Positions 34,481-48,169 of a stretch of 64,000 nucleotides of DNA are shown here, one piece after another. Positions within the stretch are counted from its first letter, which is position 1, and the number at the start of each line of letters is the position of its first letter. Below the pieces are notes generated by a model, which was not told the DNA's origin, made no database searches, and was given only the letters and a program-made list of their open reading frames with translations. The translations under genes and the position numbers were made by a program. Origin of the DNA: Phoronis australis (taxonomy: Eukaryota; Animalia; Phoronida); assembly GCA_002633005.1 (NCBI GenBank), contig NMRA01000134.1, forward strand, positions 224,204-288,203, written 5' to 3'.

Positions 34481-37400
34481 AATAATTTGTGGAAGAAATT
34501 AGGCCACCCCCAAAAACACTCAACAGTCATTTTAGGCGTACTATAGCACCTAATAGTGGGAAAGGAGTAGCTGAGTGCGTCGCGACCACGGGAGATTGTC
34601 TCGATCTTTTCAGAGCACACCCTCTCGTATGTTAACATGTTCATGTACGTTATATAAGCTCCCGTGAATACCGTGAAGGTTGAAGTAATGGGTCAGATAA
34701 GCCTTAGATAAGGATATATGCTGAAATTCTGTTATTATTCATTGTCATTGCATAATAGACTGACACACTTGTCACTACTAACAGAAGTTAGGAGCATAAA
34801 ATGCAGTCAATGGTCCTAAACACACAAACATTAAGTAGTCTAGCAATAGTTTTATAATGACTGACATTATCGCTTTTGGCGGTGCCATTTAGCAATGACT
34901 GCCATCGTACAGTCGTACGGAGTGTTCAATTATTTCGGAGGGTGTTTGTTGCTGCGAAATTAGGATTATACCCACTCTATCAGTATCATCAGCAAGATAA
35001 AACCTCACCCTTTCGTGAGTTGGCACAATCATTAAAACTGACCCATTTTGATTAGAGCCTCAATTTAAAAGTCAACTTTTCTGATAACATAATTATGCAA
35101 AGTTATTATTTACAGGGAATTGAATTTCAGTAAAAAGCTGGACTGTATTCTTTTTAACACAAGAAGCCTCAGTTGTATATGAAACATTCAGTGGTTTTGG
35201 TGCAAAAATGGATCATTTTATACAGTTCGAACGTAAAAGTAAATATTTTTATGTGGAATTTATTTGGAAATTCGCCTTTTCATGCTGACTTTTACAATGC
35301 CTGAGTCACTGGTCAGAGTGTGACATTTGGTCACATGCAATCTATGCAAGTGTTCTGACTCTCTCTCCTGGACCCCGACTCATTGACTGTTTCATTTTTT
35401 TGCTTTCCACGTTTACATGATGTCAGGTGTTGCAGTCTAATTGCAAAACCAGAACCATTCTAAAACATTCAGAAACTACTATGGTTCGCTGTAATCAAAG
35501 CATCCTGGAGTTAAACTTTGTAAGCAAGCGAACTTAAAAAATCTGGTTCGTTGAAATGACTAGTTGCAAAAACATCTCACATTTCAAAATTGGGAGGTCA
35601 GGGTACTTCAAAGATTTTAAGTTTGGTCACTTAACCCAAATCAACGATTTCTTGTGTGTTAGTTGGGTTGGATTGTTATCCAGGCAATAGTCACTCACTG
35701 GCAATCCGCATTTTGAGAACAAGTTTTAACGCCTGCTATTCAGTGAAAAACTGGTTCTTGTTATGCAGTAGAAAACACTGGTTCTCAAAGTGGGGGGTCC
35801 CCTGTATGCGACTATTACCATTATGTTTTGCTCAATGTTTTGATCAACATGCTAGTGTTTCATTCTTGTGGTTATGATCTACATAATACAGCAATGATTT
35901 TAGTCAACATTTCGGTCTTTTCGAAAAGTTTTTCAAAATTACAAATTTGACTTTATTGAGGGGGCCTCCTCGTGGCAAGAGTTGGGCAGTGTGAAATGCT
36001 TGAGAACATTCGCACTGGCAAACACCCTCACGTTGACTCAAAATTAAAAACCGTGACATCATTAATGTGTTCCTAGAAATATTACACTCATAAGCTACAA
36101 AACACACAACATGCAAAGAAATTTGTCTAACACTGGGAACTTCATTTTTCTGATGTATTGATTAGAAATATGATCTAGTTTAAGGATAGACTGAAGTACT
36201 AAGTCTGGGCATTAACATAGCCATAGGACACACAACAAGGCTACACCCTCTTCATTGCAGACCCTTCCCCTGATAGAAACTCATTTCAATTTTGTGCTTG
36301 CCTAGCTCCCCTGTCCCTGTCCCCTGTTCATGCAGTGCCTCCAGGTTGCCTCTCATTACAGCCACAATCATTGGTCGCCAACAATTTCAAGTTTGGCAAC
36401 CTCTGTTGAATAATTCTGACTACACCAGTGGTGCTGGGGGAATAGGTTATTAAAGACCCGACTTCCACTCAAGTTGCACATTCACTGCCTTGTGAAAGCA
36501 TATGCCATTATGAAAGTAACACCTGGGTCCAGGGTTTCAACTTTCTACTCAAGATTTTTTGTTATTTTCTATTCTACTTTTGTTTGAACTCGAGATAAGT
36601 TTCTTTTATTCTATATTTGAGTGCTTATTGGTGGCAATTAATTATCCCAGCATTAGAGCTAACAGTTCGAGTCTAAGTTCGAGGTGTTCCTAGAAATCTT
36701 AAGTTTTTACTCAAATTTCAGTTCGAATCTAGTGGTCATTAAGTACTATCTTGATCTCGCAAGAAAGTGGACTGGAAGTGACAAAAACAATTTCGAGTTC
36801 GATTTGGATTGAAAGCTTCACTCTAGAGGTGTATTCCCAAACATGTTCACATAATCCCTTTTCATGGTTTTAAATCAATCCATACAAGACTGGGCTAGAA
36901 TCTGTTTAGCCCAAAAAGCAATTAAATACATGGTGGAGAATAAGAAAACATCTGTAACAAACTGTATTGAAAAAATGAACCCTTTTTAAGTTCCTTATAC
37001 ACAAAGTGTACCATTTTTCAAGCTGCTATCAATCCAACCTCTTTTTAGAACCATCATGTAACAAATATGAGATTGGTCTCGTACTAACAATGTTGTTTTT
37101 GGCCAAAATAGTAGCTAGCAAATCTAATCACAATTGCTCGCATGAAGATTGGCTTCCGTTGAACTGATAGTTTGCTATTGCTTAAGACCTGGTGCAATAA
37201 CCATGGCTTTGCGCACTAACAAAGTTTGAGTTCTTCCAAGTCCACTAAGGAACAGTTTGAGTATATACAGGGCTTGGAATTTTCCTCTTTTAAGAGGATT
37301 TTCTATTTTTTGTTTTTATTTCCTCTTATTTAATTTCCAGCTTCTTTTTATCATTATTTTGACTTGATTCGTGCAAAAACATTTATTTCAGTTAAATTTT

Positions 37401-39599
37401 AAAACACAAAAAATATTTCTATCTCATAAGCCTATTTGTGAAACAATAGAACACCTGGAAAATTTTCTTCTTTTAGTCATTCCAATTCCTGTATATAGTG
37501 GTATGTTGTTCAGATCAAAATTTATTCTTTTTCACACAAGACGCATTCAAAGCAACTTTAAGGAATTTAATTCGAAGGAAATCTGTAAGCCAGAAGACAC
37601 CATATAATAAGCGCATTCTGAAATCAACTATTGCGCTTGTACTTTCCATGATGTTCAACCCACATTGTTAGGTATATAGGGGTAGGGTTCATTTCAGTAT
37701 CCTTGGGCTTTCAGAGTACCATCCTAAAACCATTCCAGGGGATACTCCCACAGGTTTATACTGGACATGACAACTAGCTGGGTGATTTTTCTCGAGCAAT
37801 TTCTCTTAAAAATGGTGCTTAAAAAATCCGTACAAAAGCAAACTTTTCCCCATGAATACAACGGGTTTTCACTCTGGAAGTTAAAAACACTGCAAATGGT
37901 ACATTTTTCCTACTGCAGAAGGGGTTTTAACATGATATCTGTATTTTTAAAAATTTGGACACCAGACTCATTTTCGACAACAGGAATCTCTGAGCCGACT
38001 TCTTCAAGCTTAATGGGTGAAAAAGACACAGCTGTTCAAGAATTATTACGAAATGATTCATTTGTTAGCATTAACCCTTATGAAAAGATTGTGCATTTGG
38101 AACATTAGGTTACATTATTATTGAACTTCAAACCTCGGACTACAAACCTAATGTTTTTTAAGTCACTGTCTAAATGGTTGGAGATTCTTCTAGTACCAGA
38201 TTATGCATAAAACTAAAGCTTAGGAACCATTTGGAACACCTCTCGAGTATTTTCGTAGCTACAAATTTACCCTCGGAACATCTAGAGCACGTCGTCTATT
38301 TTCCTATTTATAAACTTTTCTTCGAAACACTTCGGCCGGGTATTTTCGTAGCCTAAAATATCCTCTCAAAGATGAACTTTATCCAAAATATGGCAAGTCG
38401 CGTGATTTTTTAGTCTTGAGAATAATATGCTAACTGAAGTCCGCACACATGCAGGAAGCGTTCACCTATTAGGTGAAATTTGAGGTTACGAAAACACCCG
38501 AGGTGTTCTGGATGCCCTTGGAAGTAATTGTTTTCAGTGCATGCTCGAACTTTTGGTCATTATGGCCAATCATTCTCCAATAAGTTTGAAAATTACGCAG
38601 GTTAAATTCACCTTAAAGGAGAAATTTAATGCTCCGAATATACCCAAGATGATCTGAATGGCTTAGTAGGACCCTCAACTTGTGCGGGGTCCCACTTCAA
38701 ACAGGGAAGAAAAAATTATGGCAACGTGGGGAGGGCTGTAGCTCGAGCATTGTGACTGCCTGAAGGGTCGAAAATTGTGGTGTTCTAGGGATTGAATACT
38801 GTGTCTACTGTAACACTGTGCAGTGACGGATTTTGGGGGGGGCAGCAAGGGGAACATGGCCCTGCCTAAAATTCTCCCAGATTCCATTTGGCAGTTTGGG
38901 GGTGTGAATGTCTGACGGTCAAAATACTCTGCTCTTGCCCCTGCACCCCAACTCAAAATCCTGGATCTGCCCCTGCAAGAGACGTTTTCAATTCATATAA
39001 AGCGTTCAAATACTGAAACTGAAAAAAACAAGTGAAAAGAGTGAAGCCATACTGAAAAAACCAAGTGAAAAGAGTGAAGCCATTGTTTATTCAGATTTAT
39101 TTTCATAATATGGAATCGATAATTACGTGAATGTCAGCTCAGTTTGTTTATAAAATAACAATATAAACAGCTATCTCACCAGAGAGTTCGACGGCAAACG
39201 TAACCCAAAAATAACTTTTACTCTCGCGACACCTAGCGACCTGATAACGTATTACCGGATATAAGCATGCGCACGTCAACTTCCTGGTTAAAAAATTGCC
39301 AGCTGACAGCCAATGAAAACCAGGCGTGCGTTCAGTAGACGCTAGGACCTACGCTAGGACCTAGCTAAAACCTAGTCAAAGTCACGTGCTCTTATTTAAC
39401 ATGCACGGCTATATCTCACGTAATCTCGCGAAGTCTTGCTTTTTAGCGAGGTCCTAGCGTTACCGTGAACGGGAGGCAGGCTAGTGCTCTGTACCTGGGC
39501 CTTCACAAGTTATCCGTGACGTCATCTTGTGAGGCCCGGGAACCAGGTTAGTATCATTTCTAGCTTTATTTCTATCTTTCGAAGTGTCAGTAAAATACT

Positions 39600-40420
39600 G
39601 AGTAAGCTACCAAGCGGTTTTCATTTTAGCTGCTCGCAACTTCACATAGGGCCTACTCCTTTGTGCAACCATCTGCCAGATTTGTTGCAGCAAGACGCTA
39701 GAGAAAATCCGAAGGGAAATTCGGTTCCTTGCCAAAGAACAAGAACAACGGAGAGTACTTAATAGTGATACGTGCAGAGTAGAATTATACGACATCACTA
39801 GATCATGCACATACTCCGGCCATTTACGCTTGTGATCAATTGACAAAGTTTTCAACAGATTATGCAATATGCGATTAAAGCGCCCACATTGTGAATTTCT
39901 CTCAGGATGACACGGGGTTGTAAGGGATTTCTAAACTTCATATAATTCACACAACTGTTTGACCAGATCGCTTTGAAAATTACGACCCTGATCGCTATGA
40001 ATCCTGTCCAGAATACCAAACTTATTGAACCATTGCTCAGTTAAAGCCTTGGCAACAAACAGTCAGGGCAGTTTGACTGCGTGTCACAGCAACCTGTGTA
40101 AACTTCGTGAATACGTCAGTCATCACTAAACTGTTTTCTCTACCGTCACTGGACGGCTCTAGAACAGTAAAATTAACGACTAACACTTCGTTGGGTCTAC
40201 ATGCAGTCAAGTGACTCATGATCGTCTTCGATTTCTTGTATGGACCCTTAGCGGCAATTTGAACACCTCGCACATGATTTGCGCCACATATCTCTCTGAA
40301 TCCCTACCCAAAAGTAACGATTGCTAATCAAAGCAAATGTTCTCTCATACCCTTGGTGCCCAGCTGCATCATGCAGAGACACCATAATATCATTTCGTAA
40401 CGACTGTGGCACGTAAACAT
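39600..40420 (-). pseudogene. Gypsy integrase (H2C2 plus rve core), frameshifted
   Basis: ORF pieces 40037-40273 and 39607-39867, with the H2C2 motif at about 40270-40420. Confidence 0.85.
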
Positions 40421-42089
40421 ACTACGACATATTGAAGTTTAAAGCAACCGTGCAATGGGGCTATTCGGAAAATCTACAATAACTAGAGGGCGTGTGTGTA
40501 CTAGTGGTGATAGATTAACAGCCTCGATTTCGCGAGCCCTTTAAATACATGGTGAAATGGCTTGCAGCCGTGCCAACTGAATCTGAGATTGCGTAAAAAG
40601 GGTGCTTCTATGAGAGGAAGTAAGCACGACCTCATACAAAGGTAAGGTTTGTGATTATTTTTACGATTATTCCATGATTATTCTACCGATGCCTGTTAAC
40701 TGAGGCACTCGCCGATGTCGACTTAGCGGCAGTCAGTCGCCAGCCAGAGTCTGGTTAATCTTTATATATTGTGATATGTGATACGATACTTGACGTAGCA
40801 ATCGGGATCTTTTCGTACATCAAAGCATTATTATTGTTTGGAATGATTTCTAAAAGTTTATCAGTGACAGTTACATCAATCAATGCTGAATGTTTATGCT
40901 GTCAACTCGATACAGGTTAATGAGTTAAGATTACAATCCAATCCCAATGGCAAAGGGTACGTGAGTGATAAATATCCATTGCATTAGACTATTTGTTTAC
41001 TCCCTATCATATGTCTTCTGGAAATCTATTACACGTTGAAATGGAAATCTATCACGTCAGTTTTCACGTAACCTTTGGTTTTTAGGTTTGAAGGCTTGTA
41101 CCGTGCAGAGGAGATATGCATCGCTTCTGCACCGTCCCTGAATGGACAAAAATTGGTTTTTAGCATTTGACTGCAGCTAACCAACAAGATCTTCCCATCC
41201 AGTGCAGATCTGTTGTCAAAGCCTACTTTCAATATTGGAGACAACGAACAAAGCCTTTGAAAAGGAACAGCTATTTTTAAAGTCATTTTGTTAAATTACT
41301 TATTCAGGTCCCGAGGGGGGATTGGCATGGGGGGTTGTAATATTTGGTACAACTGAATGTGTGGAAATAACAGGTAATACATGTTTGGGGAAAAGAGCAT
41401 GGTGAGGTAATTCTTAACCTTCACGAAGTCCCTTCAAGTTGATTTCATGAAACTGTTTTGCTACTTGTATCAATTGTAAAACCACGAAAATATATTACAT
41501 TTTCCGAATTCACAGTGACTGAATAGTCTTAACTCATGCCTTGAAATGTTGCAAGTCGTTATAAATTCAAATGACTGCCATTTTTGTGAAAATTGCATTT
41601 TTGATGGTGCCTTACGATTTGTAATTACTCTTAAACAACAGAAAGATTATCCATCATTTTTAAATGACCCAAGTCTTCATATCTTCTATTAGAAGAAAAA
41701 CGGTTCCCTCAACCTTAGGCTAGAAGTATGCTTGACAGACCCATGAACCTGTAATCTGAGTTTAAAATTGCTGAAAGTATCAAAATTAAAAAGGCTTGAA
41801 AATGGGTAACAAAGGTTTGAAGTTGTCTCAAAAAACTTGTATATTTTACAGACAAGTGATGCGTTTAAAGAATTGTTATGGCTAGGGATAAAAAATAAAG
41901 ACACAGTTTTATGCAATACTCATTATATACACCCTTGGTTTCTGAAAATAGTAATTATTTACTTTTATGTGAAACTGTAGACCAATCACCATATATTTTT
42001 GAAAAACAGGGATAACATTTTTGATCCAATCTGGAGTACTTAATTATTCATATTTCAATATTTGTTCCAGGTTCAGTGACATTTTAAGG

Positions 42090-42575
42090 CCACTTCAAGC
42101 TGTATCATAGACAAGCTTTGTTACTCCGTTCTCTTCCCACAGCACTTCCACACACCAGCAGTGCTGCATGGCACAATGTGCAAGTCAGTGGCCCTGGAGA
42201 AATGTGAATCGCAGTACTAAGTTACCATAAGACAATGTGCCAGTGGAGTGTCTGTGTATCCAGACGAACTATATCTGACTGCTACACAAATAAGCCTTGT
42301 TGGTGAGGATGCCCTTTCATAGGCAATGAGTCATGTGTGGACAATAGCTTATTTCCTTTCCTGGAAGAAACATGAGGGACTGAAGCTAAAGAAGACCTAG
42401 TCACACTCTGGTCTAGTTCAGAGTCTGATTTTGGGCTCAAAACGATTCAAGTGATATGCTGCTGTGTTTACCTTCAAGGGTCTAATTGTGGATGTTATTG
42501 AGGCTGAATGAGGTTACATGAAAGAAAGCCACGTGTTGAAACTGGACCTTTTTTACAAGCGCTTCTATAGGCCAT
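42090..42575 (+). pseudogene. YqaJ / lambda-exonuclease-like remnant
   Basis: FHTPAVLHGTMCKSVALEKCE..CASGVSVYPDELYLTATQISLVGED..LKLKK..VQ..KLDLFYKRF matches the YqaJ pattern HG..E..A..YE..CG..PYL.ASPDGL..QVQ. Stops present. Confidence 0.7.
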
Positions 42576-43669
42576 TGAAACTAGAACCCAGTGAAATGAA
42601 AGCCAAAAGCTGAGTGACATTAAATTTTCCTTTCAGAAGAAAGGCTTTATACTATTGGTAAAAACTTTTCAATTTGGTACAGATTATGGGGAAATGACAT
42701 TCAGTGACTGCATCGATTGTCTTATTGTATGTTTTCAATTGTAGCTAGCTGCTATGCACAAGATTCGAGAATAAACAATTATCAGTGTATTTAAAAACAA
42801 ATGGCAAACTGAAAAAGCACAGAAAGAAACATTGCGAGGGAGTCCATAATCAGGCATATCAGGTGCTGAATTACTGAATTACATTCAATTCTCTCAGGTT
42901 ATTGCTGAAGGATTGCTTTTCACTTTGTCCAACGGTGAAATAGATGGTCAGGCGGTTGGTTTCAGTTGTTTTTTCTTGCCTGTAACAGAATAGAAATATT
43001 AGCAAATTGTAAAAGAAAAGGCAAGACAAAACTACTTTTGTAAGGCAGAACATACTTGACATTTCATCTTCATGTTTATGTGTAGAAACTAATAACCTTT
43101 GTACCCAAGTCTTATTTAATAACTGCATAAAATATGTGAAACAGGCTAAAAGTGATTTAACAATGTGTATTTTTCATGACACTTAAAATGTGCTTCTGAT
43201 CTCAACAAGTAAAATTCATTCTTATCTAGGTGTCAATTTTTTTCCAATGCAATGTTACGACATTTACTGAATTAAGGCTTATTCATGTTAATTCGATAAC
43301 TGAGCTGGTGGTCCTGGGGGTGGGGTCCACGATAAAATAAGGAAACTCACTCATCTAGAGAATTTTATTGGAAACAGCATAGTTTTGAAGAGAAACTGCT
43401 GTGAAAAAGTCACTCTTGACTTCTGTGCATCACGTACCATACACCTCTTATTTTGGGAGCACTCCCACCCAGGACAATATGAATATGTGCTGCTAGCCTA
43501 CCCGGCATCGGGTGAGTTTCCAAAAAGAAACACTTAGTTCCACTCAATAAAACTGTTATTCAGTGGGGTAACTGGTGGGGATAACATCACCGAACGATGT
43601 TGATAGAAACTGATTGCTAAAAACTTACCAAGTAATGTTGTGTAGTCTCCGAATGGAACTGCATAGTCA

Positions 43670-43865
43670 TAGACATAGAGCACACACGGGGCTTCAGCAT
43701 CCACACACTTTTTGTCAGTTAGTTGACCCTGTTGACCGCAATTGTCCACGAATATAGTAACCTTAGGTCTTTTGGGAATTTGTGGCCACCTGTCGAAGAC
43801 TTGCACCAGGGAAATTAGCAGTAATAAGGCTTAGCGCGACGACGTATTTTGATAAAAATTCCATC
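43670..43865 (-). pseudogene. THAP domain remnant of ISL2EU transposase
   Basis: HKFPKDLRLLYSWTIAVNR..W..VCS on the minus strand, followed by AVP in an adjacent frame. Confidence 0.65.
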
Positions 43866-43964
43866 TTTTACCAGTTGTTTACATGCAGACAGCCACGCAT
43901 GCGCAATTTAATCACCACTAGTACAGCAGCGACACCGCGAGGAGAATTCTCCGAATAGCCCCAT

Positions 43965-45042
43965 TGGCAGCCCTATGGCCGTATTCATGGCACCGGAAAC
44001 AAACCCCGTCAAATCTGGGTAAAAAGTTGTCAGCCCGCATATATCAGGAGACTGGCCAACACCCTGTCGCTCTAAACGATACCTGTCTACGTTACCATAG
44101 GGTTGTCCGCGAACCCAGATTTTGCGTTGAAAACATTGAATCTACTTCTTGTGAAACTACGTTATTCAGGTTTCTCTGTTCTTTTAGCCAAAGCGTCAAT
44201 CATAGTGAACATCGAGTTTATTAACACCATCAAGAAAGTGACGTGACTGCGATTTTCTGCTGGGGTCAGTGCCTAAACGACGGACGCGAATCAGCAGCTC
44301 GTCAAATGATTCCCCACTATTGTGTTCCACAAAATGCTTTAGACCAAGTTTGTAGTCACTTGACTGCAAAATCAGACACGAAATATGATTTTAGCACAGA
44401 TGGCTGCACCTCCTTCGGAATAGGGCATGATTCAGATTTTTTCATTTGAACTACTAATTACTCTAAGCACCCAGCCCACTGGGTAACGCTTTCATTTTTA
44501 TCCTGTCGAGAACAGTAGAATATTTTCAACAATTTCCCAATATACAACGCATCACCGTATTTAGAATTCAACGTACTAAGTTACTCGTCTACACTCAAAT
44601 CAGATTCAAGCAATTCAGCGGCACTGCCGCTCAACGAGCGCCTGATCGCTTGTTTCAGTAAACCATCGTTTTGCAACGTAACTGGCAATCACTGAACTTC
44701 GCATAACCACTGTTGAAAGGAAATACCTGCGCTATCATTACCTGTAAACGTTGGTAAGTGAACAAGGTCACTACGAACAACATTACCCCATGAGTTCGCA
44801 CTTGAAGACACATGTTTACTCTCAACACTGCTACAGTCACCGGACCCAACGACAGATGACATCGGTTTCTTTTGAACAGGAGACAACTCACCTATCAATG
44901 AAATCAACGATGACATATTTTCATCTCTTCTACCAGAACACTCACGGAGAAACGACTCATCGGTAAAAGAAGCTTTGGAAATTTTCAATTTGAAATCCTT
45001 GAAATGGTTCTCACGTACGAAATTAACACACTTATTAACCAA
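43965..45042 (-). pseudogene. Gypsy gag remnant (PNMA-like capsid plus CCHC knuckle)
   Basis: LPTFTG..FQQWLCEV, AIRRSLSG, KYGD, SRQDKNESV and CFRCHEYGH. Internal stops. Confidence 0.8.
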
Positions 45043-45285
45043 TTTGTCAGAGTCAAAGTCTATGTAAATGGATAAGTTAACTCGCCAAGCAACTCACATA
45101 TTTGTCACACTGCGAATCCATGACAAAGAATGAAATGCATGGAACATAATCAGTCCTAGAATCACCCCAATAATGTGAGATAACCCCCTTCTACGAAGTG
45201 CATGACATACAGTGTATACAGTCACGCCTGTATGACACACGTAACAAAGGCTATACAGCGCTTTGAGACGCAACAAAGACATTAA

Positions 45286-47000
45286 AAGAGAATGCCACCT
45301 GATTTAATTGGTCTTTTTTATCGTCTTAATCGGTCTGTATCCACATCACCTCGTATACGGTCGATCTTGCCTCGCCGAGAGAGGAGTCGCGTTAACCTGT
45401 GAGGAAGGTGAGTAAACAACGCAGGGACTTCAGTGGTTCTTCTGCAAAGTGAGTCCCGGTATGGTGTGGTGTGTCGTTCCCACTTGTGCGAACTATGAAG
45501 CTGAGATGAAAGCGGGTATATCGTTTTTTCGATTTCCTCGAGAGCCCAAAATGCTTCGGAAGTGGCTCGCGGAACTGACGAATGAAAACTACGCCGTTAA
45601 TACCAAGAATGAGGCCGTGAAACATCTTCGTTCCGTGTGTGGCAGCCATATCGTCGACAGGGAGGCGTTTCACATGCGGAAATTTGTAGCAGCAAACGCA
45701 AGCGTCAATCGTTTCCATTCTCGTGCAGTTAGCGCTCTGACACCATGATTAGTCATTCAAACGGTTTTCGGAGCTATCCAGATGTTCCTGTTGCCTGAGA
45801 CACTTTAACGGCGCATCTCTAGTATTTCTTGACTTAATCAGTGTATTCCGGTTCGAACTGATAGCCTGTGAAACCTAACGATCCACCTGTGAAATCTTCG
45901 TCGGATGAGTACTCGTATAAGTCGGGATTGCAAGTTGCCATGTTGACATTTATTACTGTACGTTCTGTTTCAAAATAAATTATTCTCACCCTAACCATGC
46001 CCTAGCAGTGTTTGTGGCTGCAAATGTTTTGAGAATCCTGCAAGGAATAAATCACTGCGTTACCGGCTTTAGATGCAATAAAGCTAAATGACCGCCCATC
46101 TAAGCCGTGTGAGCGCATGCTAATTAGTGCTTGCATAGACGATAGTACTCTATGGTGCTTGCTAACATAAGTTATTGTGAAACAATAGCTCGATTTTATA
46201 TGCTATGGTCAGTTGTTAGCGGAATCTTTTTTTAGATATAGTACATTATTCGAATCATTGTTATTGTACAACTTTTGCCCGGACGGTTCTGTGGAAGGGG
46301 AGGTATGCCTTAGCGGCCCTCGACGAGTAAGTAGATTTGCAGTTTCGCGGCTAATTCACATCAAAATAATCACGTGCACATCATTTTTTTGGCTCACTAG
46401 TATAGTCTTTTAGTAACTGGAAGTTTAGTTTCCAAGTTTGGTTTATGGTCGTGGCGTCTTCAGTCCGGCCGGGACGAGCCTGCCGGATCCGGGTTCCAAG
46501 CCACCGACCGGTATAACAAGCGTTTTGTGTGTATAGAATCGAAAAAATTGCAAGTCTAAAATTTCAGCACACAGTTATGTTCTCATTTCAGTATATCACG
46601 GAAGAATAATTTGAATTTATCACCGAACAGACCCCTAATTCCCGCGACCGACCTTGGAAAATTGGCCTACTGAAGTTTGTAGGCAACGGTACGTTCAAAT
46701 GCCTATAAATCCGTAACAGCGAAACAAAACAACACGTTTGTTCAAGAACTCTGTGTATATGTAAGGGTTTTACATCGAATTTTGATGATTTATTGGTGTA
46801 AAACGATGAATTCAAGCTATAAGCTGACACCAGTAAGTGTGTTGTGAACTGCTGAACAGGCTGCATTCGAACCTATGACGTCATTGGTTAATTTCAACCC
46901 CGCCGTCTGCCGTCAGGTGTCAGGTAAAAGAGCTGAATTGTTATCGAACTACTCGATCTAAATTGATACAAAATGGGTTGTTTTTGAGTGGCATTCTCCT
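45286..47000 (+). mobile_element. Non-autonomous Kolobok-like DNA transposon, copy 2 (inverted relative to copies 1 and 3)
   Basis: Ends AAGAGAATGCCAC / GTGGCATTCTCCT. TTAA at 45282-45285 and 47001-47004. Confidence 0.85.
45461..45748 (+). CDS. Stand-alone THAP-domain ORF inside Kolobok-like copy 2
   Basis: MVWCVVPTC..ISFFRFPREPKMLRKW..VCGSH..RAV. All four C2CH ligands and the conserved P and W are present. Confidence 0.65.
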   Translation: MVWCVVPTCANYEAEMKAGISFFRFPREPKMLRKWLAELTNENYAVNTKNEAVKHLRSVCGSHIVDREAFHMRKFVAANASVNRFHSRAVSALTP

Positions 47001-47540
47001 TTAAGCATAAGAATAAATGAACAATAGCAACTTATTAAGCATAACAATAAACAAAATACAGTTACTAACGTCCAGTCACATAACACTAATAGTTTGTAGT
47101 GGCTAGTTGGATAATTAGTGGCAGCAACCTCTGCAGCACACTTCGCTGTATTCAAACGCCAACAAACGAACAAAACCGATGACTAATCCTATAGGAACTC
47201 AATTCCTCTAGTGAGTTGACACAAACGTCCAATATCTATCTGGTAGGGCACACCTCGTCAACTCTGTTAGCCTTGGTGCAAATTTTAAGCTCCCGGTTCT
47301 GGATGACGAACACGTGAATGGTGTAGAGTTTATCACTTTACTGAAGGATGCAAAATGCGATGAAAAAATTAGTGGCCATGGAGCAACTGCCTCTTATTCA
47401 CGGTGGGATGCTAATAATAAGCCAATCGCTAAAATGGTTGTCATGGTCAATCAGTGAAGCCCTGTTCTTACAATCCAACTTTTCTCTTCTTCGACTGTGA
47501 AGCAGACCCAGTAAGTTTCACTTTAGCCTTAATGAGCAGT

Positions 47541-48169
47541 ATAGAGATTTCGCAAAGCGACGTGAACGTGAATTATCACACATTTCTAAATCCGTGCCAT
47601 TATTGGCTGTAACGTAATCCCGATAGCCCCTTTTTTAATCATATTTGACAAGACATCGAAATGACACGGTTCTCAATCTTTCTTCTTTGCTTCACTATTC
47701 TTTTGTCTATAAATGTTCTTAAAGTTTATATGCAAGAAAGTATCTTTCCCAAAATCCTTATTCTGCCAGGGTTCGCTGGATATCATCGAACTAGAATGTA
47801 TTTTGAACAGAGATATGATTTTGTGTTGTTAATTTTGTTTACATGCTTAATTTAAATGCATCTATTTAGTTTAAACTGCAAATAAATTTCGCATTCTAAG
47901 ACTTGACCATTTCTCGCAGGAGTTCGTAGACACAACTTTTTTCAAATAAAGGAAGTTGACAGAGTGACTTCAGTAAGTTTTTTTTTTGTAAACTAGCTGA
48001 CGTGTACTAGGCCTAAAATAACTGGGCACCCTGATCTCAGTTATTTGGTTCACGTTTAAGTTTAAATTTTAACTGTTGCGAAACCCAATTTCTTACTGTA
48101 ACGTGAATCGGCACGCGCAATTATATATGCGTGATAATTCACTTTCACGTCTCTTTGCGAAACCTCTCT
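47541..48169. mobile_element. PIF/Harbinger-like MITE
   Basis: About 40-bp imperfect TIR (..TTTCGCAAAGCGACGTGAACGTGAATTATCAC / GTGATAATTCACTTTCACGTCTCTTTGCGAAA..) with 3-bp flanking repeat AGT. Confidence 0.7.

Larger units (their letters stand above)
40457..43962. mobile_element. ISL2EU-like DNA transposon (decayed), with convergent YqaJ exonuclease and THAP-transposase remnants
   Basis: TIR GGGGCTATTCGG / CCGAATAGCCCC plus inner match GTACTAGTGGTGAT. AT TSD at 40455-40456 and 43963-43964. Removing it restores the Gypsy Gag knuckle. Confidence 0.85.
39500..45246 (-). mobile_element. Decayed Gypsy LTR retrotransposon (candidate LTR 45103-45246, PNMA-like gag, deleted PR-RT-RH, integrase), split by an ISL2EU-like insertion
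   Basis: Gag motifs FQQWLCEV, QAIRRSLSGSAA, SRQDKNESVTQW and knuckle CFRCHEYGHRAAN|C. Integrase LHDAAGHQGYERT..YFW, LVMTDVFTKFTQ, IHSDQGRNFQS, KRKWPEYVHDLVMSYNSTLH. Confidence 0.85.

Noticed and set aside
33930-45246. One single Gypsy element spanning 34-45 kb
   Set aside because: The 34-kb and 39.6-kb pieces both include the ERFNRTL-like integrase region, so they are probably separate insertions. No paired LTRs were found.
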